Positions 48,696 to 58,855 of a stretch of DNA of 64,000 nucleotides are shown here, piece by piece; the first letter of the stretch is position 1, and the number at the start of each line of letters is the position of its first letter. Under the pieces are notes generated by a model. That model did not search any database. It was not told where the DNA came from and worked only from the letters and a program-made list of their open reading frames with translations. The stretch lies in assembly GCA_963664225.1 (NCBI GenBank), contig OY760937.1, forward strand, positions 2,080,001 to 2,144,000, given 5' to 3'. A program made the translations under genes and the position numbers. Source of the stretch: Verrucomicrobiia bacterium (GTDB lineage Bacteria; Verrucomicrobiota; Verrucomicrobiia; Limisphaerales; UBA1319).

Positions 48696-49285
48696 GGTTT
48701 TGATTCCCTCATCAGGTGATCCAGATCCTTCTTTAACTGATGCCGGGCGCGAAACGAGCGGATTTTGATCAGGGCGATATTCCAGCCCGTGATCTCGCGC
48801 ACTTCATCCAGCGTGCGGCCCTCCAGATAGAGGAGGGTCATGAGCAGCCGGTCCTTGGGTTTCAAACGGGCCAGCAATTTCCCGACCAGTTCGCGGGAAC
48901 CGACATCGGCCGAGGGGGCGAGGTCCTCCGCGCTGGCGGACAGGTGCTCGACGACGAGCGTTTCGTCCTCGCTGAGGTCCGCATAGCGCAATTCGGGGCG
49001 CACCCGCTCGTTCTCCAACTGGTTGAGGCAGGTGTTCACGGCGATGCGCGCCACCCAGTGCTCAAAGGGGGCCTGCGCCTGATATTGATCCAATTTCGCG
49101 AACACTTTCATAAAGACCGTTTGCACCAAGTCCTCCTCGCTTGTGCGCCGGGGAAGGTGCGAACGGACTATCTTTAAAACAAGAGGATGCAGGTGCTGCA
49201 AGAGTGCTCTTGCGGCATCTTCGTCGCGCTGGCGCACCCGCACCAGGCAGGCTGCAAGGTCAAATCCGGCCTCTGTATCCACCAT
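48692..49285 (-). CDS. ECF RNA polymerase sigma factor
   Basis: EDLVQTVFMKVF, FEHWVARIAVNTC, TGWNIALIKIRSFRAR; ATG at 49285. Confidence 0.92.
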   Translation of the reverse strand: MVDTEAGFDLAACLVRVRQRDEDAARALLQHLHPLVLKIVRSHLPRRTSEEDLVQTVFMKVFAKLDQYQAQAPFEHWVARIAVNTCLNQLENERVRPELRYADLSEDETLVVEHLSASAEDLAPSADVGSRELVGKLLARLKPKDRLLMTLLYLEGRTLDEVREITGWNIALIKIRSFRARHQLKKDLDHLMRESKP

Positions 49286-49298
49286 TCCTATATTACAT

Positions 49299-49324
49299 GA
49301 CCGCAACGGACGATGCAGGTTACA
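49299..49324 (-). promoter_or_regulatory. Putative autoregulatory ECF promoter
   Basis: Minus strand TGTAAC-N16-GGTC ending 13 nt before the ECF ATG. Confidence 0.5.
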
Positions 49325-49419
49325 ATTTATTTGAATGCGGGCGCAAGCCGCGCGAAGGAGTCTTTCGGGGGGAAATGCGCGTTTACGGGTGGCTTTATCG
49401 TTATTTTAGGATGTGTTCA

Positions 49420-49690
49420 AGCCGCCCGGACCCGGGAGGTCGGCAAGGAGGGCAACATTCCCATCCGCGATGTCACCTTCCTCTGTTCGCAGACGAATCG
49501 TTATTTCTGCAAAGAAATCACGTATCCTGTGGTGGACCTTTTCTTTACCGCCACCGCCGATCAAGCCGGGGAAGTGGGCTCGCCCGTGGAGATGGACAGC
49601 GTCCTATGGCTCGATCCCGTCACCGTAAATCCCGAGGACCTGGCGTTTTCCTCGATGCGCGCCACTTGGGCGGTGTTTATGAGGGGGCGG
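49420..49690 (+). pseudogene. C-terminal fragment of a NUDIX hydrolase
   Basis: AARTREVGKEGNIPIRDVTFLCSQTNRYFCKEITYPVVDLFF...WLDP...EDLAFSSMR resembles a NUDIX C-terminal half with a degenerate Nudix box; N-terminal half absent. Confidence 0.55.
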
Positions 49691-49969
49691 GCGTGGGCGC
49701 GGGAGTTATTGAGAGGGGAGAGGGGAAAGTGTAGATGGATAATGGATAATTGACGATTGACAATGTCTTTTTAGGAGGTTGGCGGAGGGCGGATTGTTTT
49801 TCCCGATGCGATTCACGCGAAGACGAAATGAATAAGCGCCATGGGCAGAGAGAAACAAAACGAACAATATTATGGGAGAGCCTTTGAACTTTTCGCGCCC
49901 AGCAAAACGCAATCACAATTGACATAACCCCACTTGCCGAAATGTCATAAACTTCTTACCATCCGTTCT

Positions 49970-52606
49970 ATGCCCAGTTTTGAGAAGACGAGCCTTTGGA
50001 GAAACAGTTTTGAAAATCCTCAGTATCAACGTGAGGCTGAAGCGCTCGGTATCTTGCGCGAATCTTTGCGTGATATGCGTGGCCGGGCAGAAAATCTCGT
50101 ATCAAGGATTTCGCGTGATATTCCAGAATTAACAGTTCATGACGTGACGCATTTAGACGCCCTTTGGGAGATAGCAAGTTTAATTGCGGGAGACAATTAT
50201 CCGCTTAATCCCGCTGAGGCCTATGTGTTTGGTGGAGCAGTGCTTATACACGACTCCGCCATGTCTCTTGCCGCCTATCCAAATGGGTTAGGTGAAATTA
50301 AGAATACGCGAGAATGGCGCGATGCGGTTGCAAGCCGATTGAAAATGATCAGCAAGAAACCGATAAGCCGGGAACAAATTCTAAATCCGAGCGTTGAGGT
50401 TGAAAAGGCGGCCATTGCGGACTTTCTGCGTGAGGCTCATGCAAATCGCGCGAGGGACATAACTTCACTTAAATGGCCTACAACCGATGGCGGTTGTGAG
50501 TTTTTAATTCAAAAAAGCGAACTACGCGAAACCTACGGAGACATCATTGGGAGAATTGCGGCAAGTCATTGGTGGCCGATATCTCAACTTCATGATTTGC
50601 CTCCACGGGTTAATGCCGGCGACAATATTCCCGCTGCGTGGTTGGTGAACCCATTCAAGATAGCGTGCCTCTTACGAGTTGCTGATATTGCTCATATCGA
50701 TCACCGGCGTGCGCCAAAGTTCTTGCACGTAATCGTTAAGCCAAGTGCATCCTCTGATGCTCATTGGGTGTTTCAATCAAAAATTGGGAAACCGTCAATT
50801 GATCGGACTTTTCTCGTCTATACAGGTAGCCCATTCGACATTAACGAGGCCGAGGCTTGGTGGCTTGGTTATGACATGCTTTCGTCAATTGATGACGAAT
50901 TGCGCGCGGCTAACGGATTTTTGGATGGTCAGTCAATTCCTCTGTTTGCAGCGAGTGCCGTAAAGGGGGCCAAGCTGCCACTGGAAATTGCAAAAGTCAT
51001 TCCAACAAAAGGCTGGGTGCCGGTGAATACTGAATTGCGAGTTTCCAATGTTCCGTCGCTGGTCGAGTTGCTCGGAGGTGAGCGTCTTTATGGGGCTGAA
51101 CTTTCAGTACCGATACGTGAAATGATTCAAAACGCTGCCGATGCCATCGAAGCCAAACGTTTGGTCAGCGACGGCAATTCCGACACCGGCACAATCAGAG
51201 TCCATTTGCAGCGAACCTCTGATGGCGATTTTCTTGAATTCAGCGATAACGGAATTGGCATGTCTTCACGGGTACTTACTGGAGCTTTGTTGGATTTTGG
51301 TTGCTCTTTCTGGAAAAGCAGCTCAATCCGCCACGAGTTTCCAGGGCTTCTATCCAAAGGTTTGAAAACAACTGGACGCTTTGGCATCGGATTCTTTTCT
51401 ATTTTCATGTTGGGGGACCGCGTAACAGTCACAAGTCGACGATACGATTTAGCTGCTCATGATGCACATACGCTAGATTTCATAAACGGACTGCGAGCAC
51501 GTCCAATTCTCCGAGCACCTTCACCAGATGAGGCTATGCCTGACCCCGGAACACGAGTACGTGTGGTATTGCGTACACGATATGACGAACCGGGGGGGCT
51601 CCTATTCAAAGGAGCCTCTGGGGATAAGAAGAATATCGCCTCATTAAAGGACATAGTTACTTATGTTTCTCCAGCAGCGAATGCAACAATACGCGTTGAG
51701 GAGAATGAAAATATAGAAGTCGCTATTTCAGCTAATGACTGGCTTACAGCGGAACCTGCAATACTTACTGCACGTTTATCCAGCCCAATGAATACATGGC
51801 TAGAGCAAGATGTTACCGCACTACTTCCTCACTTACGACCACTGGTGGATCCCGACACGGAAGAAATTCACGGGCGCGCATTTATCTGTGCTGGCCGGAA
51901 ATACTTTCCGTCCGATGGTGTGGTAACCGTTGGTGGCTTTAGAGCATCAGTATTGCGAGATATCGTTGGAGTGCTTAATGGAGAACCAGAAACCGTTGCT
52001 CGCAATAGTGCGATGCCAACTGTCACAGCTTCGACACTTCGATCTTGGGCGACTGAACAAGCACAATTGATTGGGAATTCCAACATTTCCGACGCATACA
52101 AGCTTCGCACTGCCTCCGTTGTCATGCTTTGCGGGGGTAACGCATCATGTTTACCGGTTGTTGTTCACGATAATGAATGTCTTTTGACAGGATCGATTGA
52201 GGCCCTGTTGCGTAATCTTGACGAAGTTGAAGTATATGAAGGAGATGGAATAGAGTATGATGAAGACGACGATGTGCGGCCAAAGGAATTCGAAAATAAT
52301 TTCAACGTTTCTCCATCGTTATTTTTACTCCCCGATAATCTAGGGTATCTCCTGAAGGTTGGTGCTGAGAATTGGCCAGCTTGTATACCCGAGTTGTACT
52401 TACCTAATCAACCGAAATGCTGCGAAGATGTTTTTCACACAGCGATGGGCAACGCTTGGGGTTCTGTCCCAGATTACGACGAAGAATCTAGAGCGGTTGG
52501 CAATGTCAATAAAGATGACATTGTTCGGAACGTGCGCATCTATTCCCGTCCTTTAGATTTATCAGAATGCAAAGCTGCCCTAGATGCTCAGTTGGGCGAT
52601 TCCTGA
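49970..52606 (+). CDS. HD-domain (HD-CE-like) fused to an HSP90-like GHKL ATPase; candidate defence/conflict protein
   Basis: TVHDVTH, LIHDSAM, REAH, AASHWW, LRVAD...RAP; GHKL motifs REMIQNAADA, DNGIGMS, GRFGIGFFS; visibly AT-richer than the flanking core genes. Confidence 0.82.
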   Translation: MPSFEKTSLWRNSFENPQYQREAEALGILRESLRDMRGRAENLVSRISRDIPELTVHDVTHLDALWEIASLIAGDNYPLNPAEAYVFGGAVLIHDSAMSLAAYPNGLGEIKNTREWRDAVASRLKMISKKPISREQILNPSVEVEKAAIADFLREAHANRARDITSLKWPTTDGGCEFLIQKSELRETYGDIIGRIAASHWWPISQLHDLPPRVNAGDNIPAAWLVNPFKIACLLRVADIAHIDHRRAPKFLHVIVKPSASSDAHWVFQSKIGKPSIDRTFLVYTGSPFDINEAEAWWLGYDMLSSIDDELRAANGFLDGQSIPLFAASAVKGAKLPLEIAKVIPTKGWVPVNTELRVSNVPSLVELLGGERLYGAELSVPIREMIQNAADAIEAKRLVSDGNSDTGTIRVHLQRTSDGDFLEFSDNGIGMSSRVLTGALLDFGCSFWKSSSIRHEFPGLLSKGLKTTGRFGIGFFSIFMLGDRVTVTSRRYDLAAHDAHTLDFINGLRARPILRAPSPDEAMPDPGTRVRVVLRTRYDEPGGLLFKGASGDKKNIASLKDIVTYVSPAANATIRVEENENIEVAISANDWLTAEPAILTARLSSPMNTWLEQDVTALLPHLRPLVDPDTEEIHGRAFICAGRKYFPSDGVVTVGGFRASVLRDIVGVLNGEPETVARNSAMPTVTASTLRSWATEQAQLIGNSNISDAYKLRTASVVMLCGGNASCLPVVVHDNECLLTGSIEALLRNLDEVEVYEGDGIEYDEDDDVRPKEFENNFNVSPSLFLLPDNLGYLLKVGAENWPACIPELYLPNQPKCCEDVFHTAMGNAWGSVPDYDEESRAVGNVNKDDIVRNVRIYSRPLDLSECKAALDAQLGDS

Positions 52607-52621
52607 TCCCGAAAAGTTAAC

Positions 52622-53962
52622 CTAGCTAACGATCCCCGCCGCGCAATTGTTCTGTAACTCGACAAGGTGCCCGTGCCACGACCCCATGTTCCCTAACAGA
52701 CCTGTAATCTGCGAAGCTTCCTCGCGTTTTTTTCTCGGCAAGCTTCCGAGCTCAAATACTTCGCAGGCACCGATTGTCAGGCGCTCCAATCCTTTCAACC
52801 GGTTAAGCAGGATCACAGCATCCTCAAATAGGACCCTACATGTGTTCGCGATATCCAGCGCCACTTGCTGCGCATATTCGCTCTCCTGGTCTCGCAGGTC
52901 GAAATCGGCTTCTTGCCCGAAAACGTACGAGACGTACTGGTCCATTAGTTTAACCGGAATGGTGCCTACCTGGATGGTAATCCTTTTAACGTCGTCAATG
53001 GCTCCGTCCCAAGCTAACTGCTTCATTTCGCGCTTCTTGGTCTCCGCCGCCATGCCTCCGAGAATACCGCCGGCAACCGCCCCAACCGCGCTGTTTGCGC
53101 CGTCAGAAAGCATGAACTCTAGACCTCCGCCAACAAACGCGCCCGCGATGGAGTGCTCCAATGTTGACGTGGACGCGAGCGCAATACCCAGACTGACAGC
53201 GTGCTCAGCGTAGCCACGAAGCGCCGATTCCAATTCCAGGAATGACTCCCTCCTGATAGAGGCCGCCAAGGAAGCCGTCGTCTGCATCCTAATGTCTTGC
53301 CGATTTGTCCTGCGCCGCACGGTTTCTGCGAGCGTCCCCGAGACAATTTCAATGAAGGCAGCCGAAAAGGCAAAAAAGTTGCTCAGAAAACCGGCGAACT
53401 CGGCGCGACAGTGGTTGGTTGCATTGCTTTGTTGGAGCGAATTAATGCCCCCAATCCGGAAAACCTCTCCTGTGTCCTTCAGCACCTTCTCGGAAAGGAC
53501 GTGGAAAGGAGCGGCGTATTGGACCAAGCCTGCGAGAATCGTCTTGGTGCCAAATTGGTACAGACTGGCGTGCTCAGACTCAAGTCTGTTGCGGCGAGGA
53601 TGGGTAATTGTCCTGGGAGTGCGTTCCTGTGGTTCCGCTGAACTGCAGTCCTTACGCATGCTAAACAGCGAAAGGAGGTCGAGGATGTCGGCGATGCGCG
53701 CCCACTGCTCCATTCCTGGTTGGCAATAATGGGTTTCGCTGTTGATTTCCCCTCGCTCAAGGAGGCCAGCAAGCTGTTCGATGCTATAAGGGCCTTGCTC
53801 CTTCTCGCTGACCAGTACGTAATACACTTCCGCGATTTTCGGAGGTTTCTCCGCGAGCTTTTGGCGGCTCTCAGCAGACGAAACAGGCGCGCCACAGCCC
53901 GGACAGGCAGCGGCCCTGTCGCTTATTTCGCGACCGCATTCTTCACATTTGATTAGCGACAT
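52622..53962 (-). CDS. Zinc-ribbon + GYF_2 (DUF4339)-like domain protein with a Gly-rich helical C-terminal region
   Basis: CEECGREISDRAAACPGCG; YYVLVSEKEQGPYSIEQL...CQPGMEQW; AVGAVAGGILGG. Confidence 0.72.
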   Translation of the reverse strand: MSLIKCEECGREISDRAAACPGCGAPVSSAESRQKLAEKPPKIAEVYYVLVSEKEQGPYSIEQLAGLLERGEINSETHYCQPGMEQWARIADILDLLSLFSMRKDCSSAEPQERTPRTITHPRRNRLESEHASLYQFGTKTILAGLVQYAAPFHVLSEKVLKDTGEVFRIGGINSLQQSNATNHCRAEFAGFLSNFFAFSAAFIEIVSGTLAETVRRRTNRQDIRMQTTASLAASIRRESFLELESALRGYAEHAVSLGIALASTSTLEHSIAGAFVGGGLEFMLSDGANSAVGAVAGGILGGMAAETKKREMKQLAWDGAIDDVKRITIQVGTIPVKLMDQYVSYVFGQEADFDLRDQESEYAQQVALDIANTCRVLFEDAVILLNRLKGLERLTIGACEVFELGSLPRKKREEASQITGLLGNMGSWHGHLVELQNNCAAGIVS

Positions 53963-54363
53963 AAAGGTAAATGGGGCACTCCACTGTTTCGCTCATTCTC
54001 CTCAGATTTGTGCGTTGATGATTGAGGGGGCAAGGCGTGGTGCTTTGATCGGTTTCATGTTTCACGCGTGGTGGATTATCCATGATTAATCACACGGCAA
54101 ATCACCCCCCGGATATTGGATGTGGACTGGCATGGACATAGCGCGGCTATTAGTTCACAAAGGGGAACTTCTGTCAAAAAGCATTGTGAGGCGATGTGCA
54201 AAGCGGGTGCAGGGCAAAACTCGGGCGTGTGGAAAACACGTATGGCGGTGCACGGATTGTATATCGGTTTTGCGGCAAGGGCAGAAACAGCGTGCGGGGC
54301 TGGCGGTGCATTTGAGAACGTTGGATTTAAGAATGTCGTAAGCCGGTCAGGAGACCGGCGCTC

Positions 54364-56242
54364 GTGTGTCTGGCAGGTATTGGATCTATTGGGATGAAAG
54401 GAGCCCAACGGGGGCGGTGACGCCAACCGTAGCCGCAGGCCAGGTTCGATCCGCGAGGGTCGGGCGCGAAAGGGCCGAGAGCAAAGGCGCGACCGTAGGA
54501 ACACGAACGGGCAGTGAGGCCGGGTGCGTGGGTTAGCTGGCGAGTAACGGCGAAACCCAAAGGTCATCCAAACGCATCAGGTAGAGCCCGGCGGCGCGCG
54601 CCGACAGAGTCAATACCGACCCAGAGAGATCTGTCCCGTGAGAGCGGGACAGAAGTCAGCAGAGGCCATAGTAGTGATGAGGCCCGGTGAAAGCCGGGAG
54701 GAGCGAAGGGCCCAAGAACAGCAATGGACAGAGCTAGAGGCCAAACCTGGTCAGGACCCGGAAGCTAACCGAAACGACGGGATGCGACAACTGCGGTCAC
54801 TACCCCGCTCGGCAACGCGACTCAGATGCGGTGGAACCGCGGCGAGGGTCGTCAGTGGGAGGCAAGGGCGCCTGGCTGCGGGAGCCGGAAAGAAAGCAAT
54901 GTATGAGGAACTGATGGAACGGGTGGTTACGCAGGAGAATGCCACGGCAGCCTGGCTGGCGGTCAAACGCAACGGAGGCTCGCCTGGGATCGACGGCATG
55001 ACCACGCAACAGTTGCGCGACCATATTCGGGCGCACTGGGAAACCCTTGCCGGGAAACTGTTGGCTGGGAGCTATGCGCCCAGTCCGGTCCGGCGGGTGG
55101 AGATTCCAAAGCCCAATGGCGGGAAACGGATGCTGGGCATACCGACCGTGCAGGATCGCTGGATACAGCAAATGCTTTTGCAGGTGCTGCAGCCCATATT
55201 CGATCCGACGTTCAGTGAGCACAGCTACGGATTTCGTCCGGGGCGCAGTGCGCACGATGCGGTCAAGGCCGCGCAGGGGTATGTTCGCACGGGCAAGAGT
55301 TGGGTGGTGGACATGGACATCACCAAATTCTTTGACCGCGTCAACCACGACATTCTCATGACCCGGATTGGACAGACGATCCGGGACAAACGGGTGTTGC
55401 GGCTGATCGGACGATACCTGCGCGCGGGAGTCATGAGTGAAGGAGTGGTGATCGCCAGTGAGGAGGGCACGCCGCAAGGCGGGCCGCTCTCCCCACTGCT
55501 GGCCAACCTCTACCTGCACGCGCTGGACCAGGAATTGGAACGGCGCGGGCTGGATTTCTGCCGATATGCCGACGACTGCAACATATATGTGAGCAGCCGC
55601 CGGGCGGCGGAACGGGTTCTGGCTGGTCTGGTCCAATGGATCGGGCGGGAGCTGCGCTTGGAAGTCAACGCGACCAAGAGCGGCGCGGGACGTCCCTGGG
55701 AACGAAAGTTCCTGGGATTTCGGATCAATCCGCAGGGAGAGATCGAGATTGCCCCGCAAAGTCTGGAACGGTTTGAGCAGAAAGTCCGGGAACTATGGCG
55801 AAGCTGCCAGAGTCTGAGCAGTGCACAACTGCGAGACCGCTGGTGCGCGTATGTGCGGGGATGGTGGGCTTACTACCACCTGGCCGAACAACGCCGGGAG
55901 CTCCCTGGGCTCGAAGGCTGGATTCGCCGTCACATTCGCCGCTGCTTTTGGGAGCGGTGGCATGACTGGAAAGGTCGTTTGCGCCATTTGCGGCACTTGG
56001 GGTTGCGGGGACGCCTGCTCAAGGCGGCCCAAAGCTCCAAGGGAAGCTGGCACCTGGCGGCAACACCCAGTCTGCAAAAGGCCCTGAGCAACGCAGTCCT
56101 TCGCCACCACGGCTTCCTGCTACCATCTGACCTTGCGGCCACTATGTAGAAGGCCGCCCTGTTCAACCGCCGGATGCGAGAAAACCGCACGTCCGGTGGT
56201 GTGGGAGGGTGCCGGGGCGAAATCCCTGGCACCCGACCCGAT
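54364..56242 (+). mobile_element. Complete group IIC intron
   Basis: 5' GTGTG; domain V AACCGCCGGATGCGAGAAAACCGCACGTCCGGTGGTGTGGGAGG (CGC triad); 3' end CCCGAT; exact boundaries fixed by the empty sites GCGCTC|CGAAGAC at 58232/58233 and 60605/60606; inserted 4 nt after a hairpin. Confidence 0.95.
54899..56149 (+). CDS. ltrA: Group IIC intron reverse transcriptase/maturase
   Basis: RMLGIPTVQDR, SYGFRPGRSAHDA, DMDITKFFD, GTPQGGPLSPLLANLYL, RYADDC; start uncertain (ORF open from 54638). Confidence 0.95.
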   Translation: MYEELMERVVTQENATAAWLAVKRNGGSPGIDGMTTQQLRDHIRAHWETLAGKLLAGSYAPSPVRRVEIPKPNGGKRMLGIPTVQDRWIQQMLLQVLQPIFDPTFSEHSYGFRPGRSAHDAVKAAQGYVRTGKSWVVDMDITKFFDRVNHDILMTRIGQTIRDKRVLRLIGRYLRAGVMSEGVVIASEEGTPQGGPLSPLLANLYLHALDQELERRGLDFCRYADDCNIYVSSRRAAERVLAGLVQWIGRELRLEVNATKSGAGRPWERKFLGFRINPQGEIEIAPQSLERFEQKVRELWRSCQSLSSAQLRDRWCAYVRGWWAYYHLAEQRRELPGLEGWIRRHIRRCFWERWHDWKGRLRHLRHLGLRGRLLKAAQSSKGSWHLAATPSLQKALSNAVLRHHGFLLPSDLAATM

Positions 56243-56491
56243 CGAAGACATCAGCGTGCGGGAATTGGATTTTAGCCATGAACGACACGAAATATCCGAA
56301 ATGGAAAAAAGAGCCTCACCCCGCCCCTCTCCATCTGGCGACGGAGAGGGAGTAGTATTGGACGGTTCTGAGGCGATTGGGCGGTTGGGAAGGTGCCGCC
56401 GCGTGGGGTTAATTGAGGGAAGATTGGATCATTGACTCTAGCGAGGGCAAAGGCGGCGTGCTTTGAGTTTCAGATAGGCACGCTTCGGACT

Positions 56492-57184
56492 TTAGCTCAT
56501 CACACACCTATTGCGCCACACGAACCGTCCTGCCATGGCGAGTGCGCTCATTGCAAAAAGGCCTGCCGTGCCGGGTTCGGGAACGGCCTCCGTGGAAAAT
56601 TGAATATCGTCGATGATGGCTCTACCACCATAAGATTCCGTAAACCGTAATTCACCGGTTTGGCCAGCATAAGATGAAATGTCTGCGGCGCAAATGTCGA
56701 AGCCAGGTTCAGACCAGATTACAGTGTAAGGCAGAACATTTCCTTGAAAGCTTACATAGAAATATCCAACTTGTTCATCTCTAAGCAAAAAAACCACGGA
56801 CAGCGAGTTCATCGGTATTAATCCCGTTTGTCCTATGGATGCCGGACCGCCTCCAAGTGGTCTTCCCTCGAGTCCAACTGAATATTGGCCGTCCAATGGA
56901 GCAAAACCATGGGGAAAATTGGTGTCATTGATGGAAATTGCTGCTGCGATTGCAGCCGCATTATCATAGTAGATTGTGTGCGTTGGAACATTATTGAAAT
57001 ATGCATTCCATCCCGGTATACCTTTTTCAACAGGAACCAAGGGGTAGGTTGGATAATACCCCCCTAGATCCGCTGATTCAAAATCCATATTCTGGAAAGT
57101 CCCCTGCCCAACCGCTGTGAGGGCGGTCAGACAAAATACCGAGAGGCTCGTCAAAGCCAATAGATGATGATGGATGTGTTTCAT
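56492..57184 (-). CDS. PEP-CTERM sorting-domain protein (B1)
   Basis: Signal peptide; VPEP + TM + basic tail; ATG overlaps the A1 stop. Confidence 0.9.
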   Translation of the reverse strand: MKHIHHHLLALTSLSVFCLTALTAVGQGTFQNMDFESADLGGYYPTYPLVPVEKGIPGWNAYFNNVPTHTIYYDNAAAIAAAISINDTNFPHGFAPLDGQYSVGLEGRPLGGGPASIGQTGLIPMNSLSVVFLLRDEQVGYFYVSFQGNVLPYTVIWSEPGFDICAADISSYAGQTGELRFTESYGGRAIIDDIQFSTEAVPEPGTAGLFAMSALAMAGRFVWRNRCVMS

Positions 57185-57837
57185 TTGGTCCTGGAGTGAC
57201 GCCGCCAAAAAAGCAACGAACTGCCAAAAACCGACAAAACCAATGTGTTTGGCTCTGGCACGGCCTGCGTGGAAAATTGAATATCGTCGATGATGGCTCT
57301 GCCACCATAGGATTCCATAAACCGTAACTCACCGGTTTGGCCGACATACGATGAAATGTCTGCGGCGCAAATGTCGAAGCCAGACTCAGACCATATTACA
57401 GTGTAAGGGAGAATGTTACCTTTGAAACTCACATCAAATCTTTGAGGGCTTTCTCCTCTGAATAAGAACACCACTGAAAGCGAATTGAGTGGGATTTGCC
57501 CGGTCTGCGCTATCGATGCACTTCCCGCAAATCCTTGAATACCGACAGAATATTGCCCGTCAAGAGGAACAAAACCATATACGTAATTGGTATCATTAAC
57601 CGCAATAACGGGTCCACCTAAACTTGTATTATCGTACCAGACCGAGTATGTTTGAACGTCATCGTAATAAGCATTCCATCCCGGCAATGCTTTATCTACT
57701 GGAATCGGATAGCCAAATGGATATTCTGATACATTTGCCGCTTCAAAATCCATGTTCTGGAATGCACCAAACGCCTGTATTGAAATTGCAACCTGTAGAA
57801 TTGCGATAAAAGAAAGGGATGATTTAAATATTCTCAT
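57181..57837 (-). CDS. PEP-CTERM sorting-domain protein (A1)
   Basis: Signal peptide; FQNMDFE; VPEPNTLVLSVFGSSLLFWRR. Confidence 0.9.
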   Translation of the reverse strand: MRIFKSSLSFIAILQVAISIQAFGAFQNMDFEAANVSEYPFGYPIPVDKALPGWNAYYDDVQTYSVWYDNTSLGGPVIAVNDTNYVYGFVPLDGQYSVGIQGFAGSASIAQTGQIPLNSLSVVFLFRGESPQRFDVSFKGNILPYTVIWSESGFDICAADISSYVGQTGELRFMESYGGRAIIDDIQFSTQAVPEPNTLVLSVFGSSLLFWRRHSRTK

Positions 57838-57854
57838 GGCAGGGGCCACCCAGA

Positions 57855-58415
57855 GTTTCGCTCATTCTTATCAGATTTGTGCGTTGATGATTGAGGGGGC
57901 AAGGCGTGGTGCTTTGATCGGTTCCATTTTTTACGTGCGGTGGATTATCCATGATTAATCACAAGGTAAATCGTCCCCCGGATATTGGATGTGGATTGGC
58001 ATGGACATAACGCGGCTATTAGTTCACAGAGGGGAACTTCTGTCAAAAAGCATTGTGAGGCGATGTGCAAAGAGGGTGCAGGGCAAAACTCGGACGTGTG
58101 GAAAACAGGTATGGCGGTACGCGGATTGTATATCGGTTTTGCGGCAAGGGCAGAAACAGCGTGCGGGGATCACGGTGCATTTGAGAACGTTGGATTTAAG
58201 AATGTCGTAAGCCGGTCAGGAGACCGGCGCTCCGAAGACATCAGCGTGCGGGAATTGGATTTTAACCACGAACGACACGAAATATGCGAAATGGAAAAAA
58301 GAGCCTCACCCCGTCCCTCTCCATCTGGCGTAGGAGAGGGAGGAGTATTGGACGGTTCTGAAGCGATTGGGAGGTTGGGAAGGTGCCACCGCGTGGGGTT
58401 GACGGGGGCAGAATG
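57855..58415. repeat. Copy 2 of the ~550-bp leader repeat (intron-free)
   Basis: Direct repeat of 60228-60783; contains the GCCGGTC-AGGA-GACCGGC hairpin. Confidence 0.92.
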
Positions 58416-58855
58416 GATGATGGGAAGAATGGAAAATGGATAATGAAACAAAAAGGCATTGACGCACGCCCTCATCCCGGCCTTCTCCCCCAGGAGAAGG
58501 AGAAGTATTGCGAGTTATGGTTTTATTGAACGGTTAGGAAGGTGCCGCCGCGTGGGATTTGAGTGCGGGGGGATGGAACAAAAACATGGCATGCCACGAG
58601 GCGTGCGAAATGCATTAAATGTGATGCGGGCAGCGGGGTTTTCACGGTCGGCCTCCGGGTGAACTAAAGAAAAAGAGAGCCTCACCCCGCCCCTCTCCTT
58701 CTGGCGACGGAGAGGGAGTAGTATTGGACGGTTCTGAGGCGATTGGGCGGTTGGGAAGGTGCCGCCGCGTGGGGTTGGTTGAGGGAAGAGTGGATCATTG
58801 ACACTAGAGGGCAAAGGCGGCGTGCTTTGAGTTTCAGATAGGCACGCCTCGGACT

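Larger units (their letters stand above)
53986..56410. repeat. Copy 1 of the ~550-bp non-coding leader repeat, interrupted by a group II intron
   Basis: Aligns with 57855-58415 and 60228-60783 once 54364-56242 is removed. Confidence 0.9.

Noticed and set aside
49313..49753. Full 146-aa ORF as a functional gene
   Set aside because: Its start overlaps the putative ECF promoter and only the central part resembles a NUDIX fragment; recorded as a pseudogene instead.
54128..54142. Sigma-54-like TGGC-N9-GC motif in leader copy 1
   Set aside because: The GC is not conserved in copies 2 and 3, and it faces away from the cargo genes.
57985..58443. Plus-strand ORF in the leader repeat (also 54116.. 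and 60358..60894)
   Set aside because: TTG start, many amino-acid-changing differences between copies, different C-termini, and it runs through REP-like hairpins. Probably non-coding, though not excluded.
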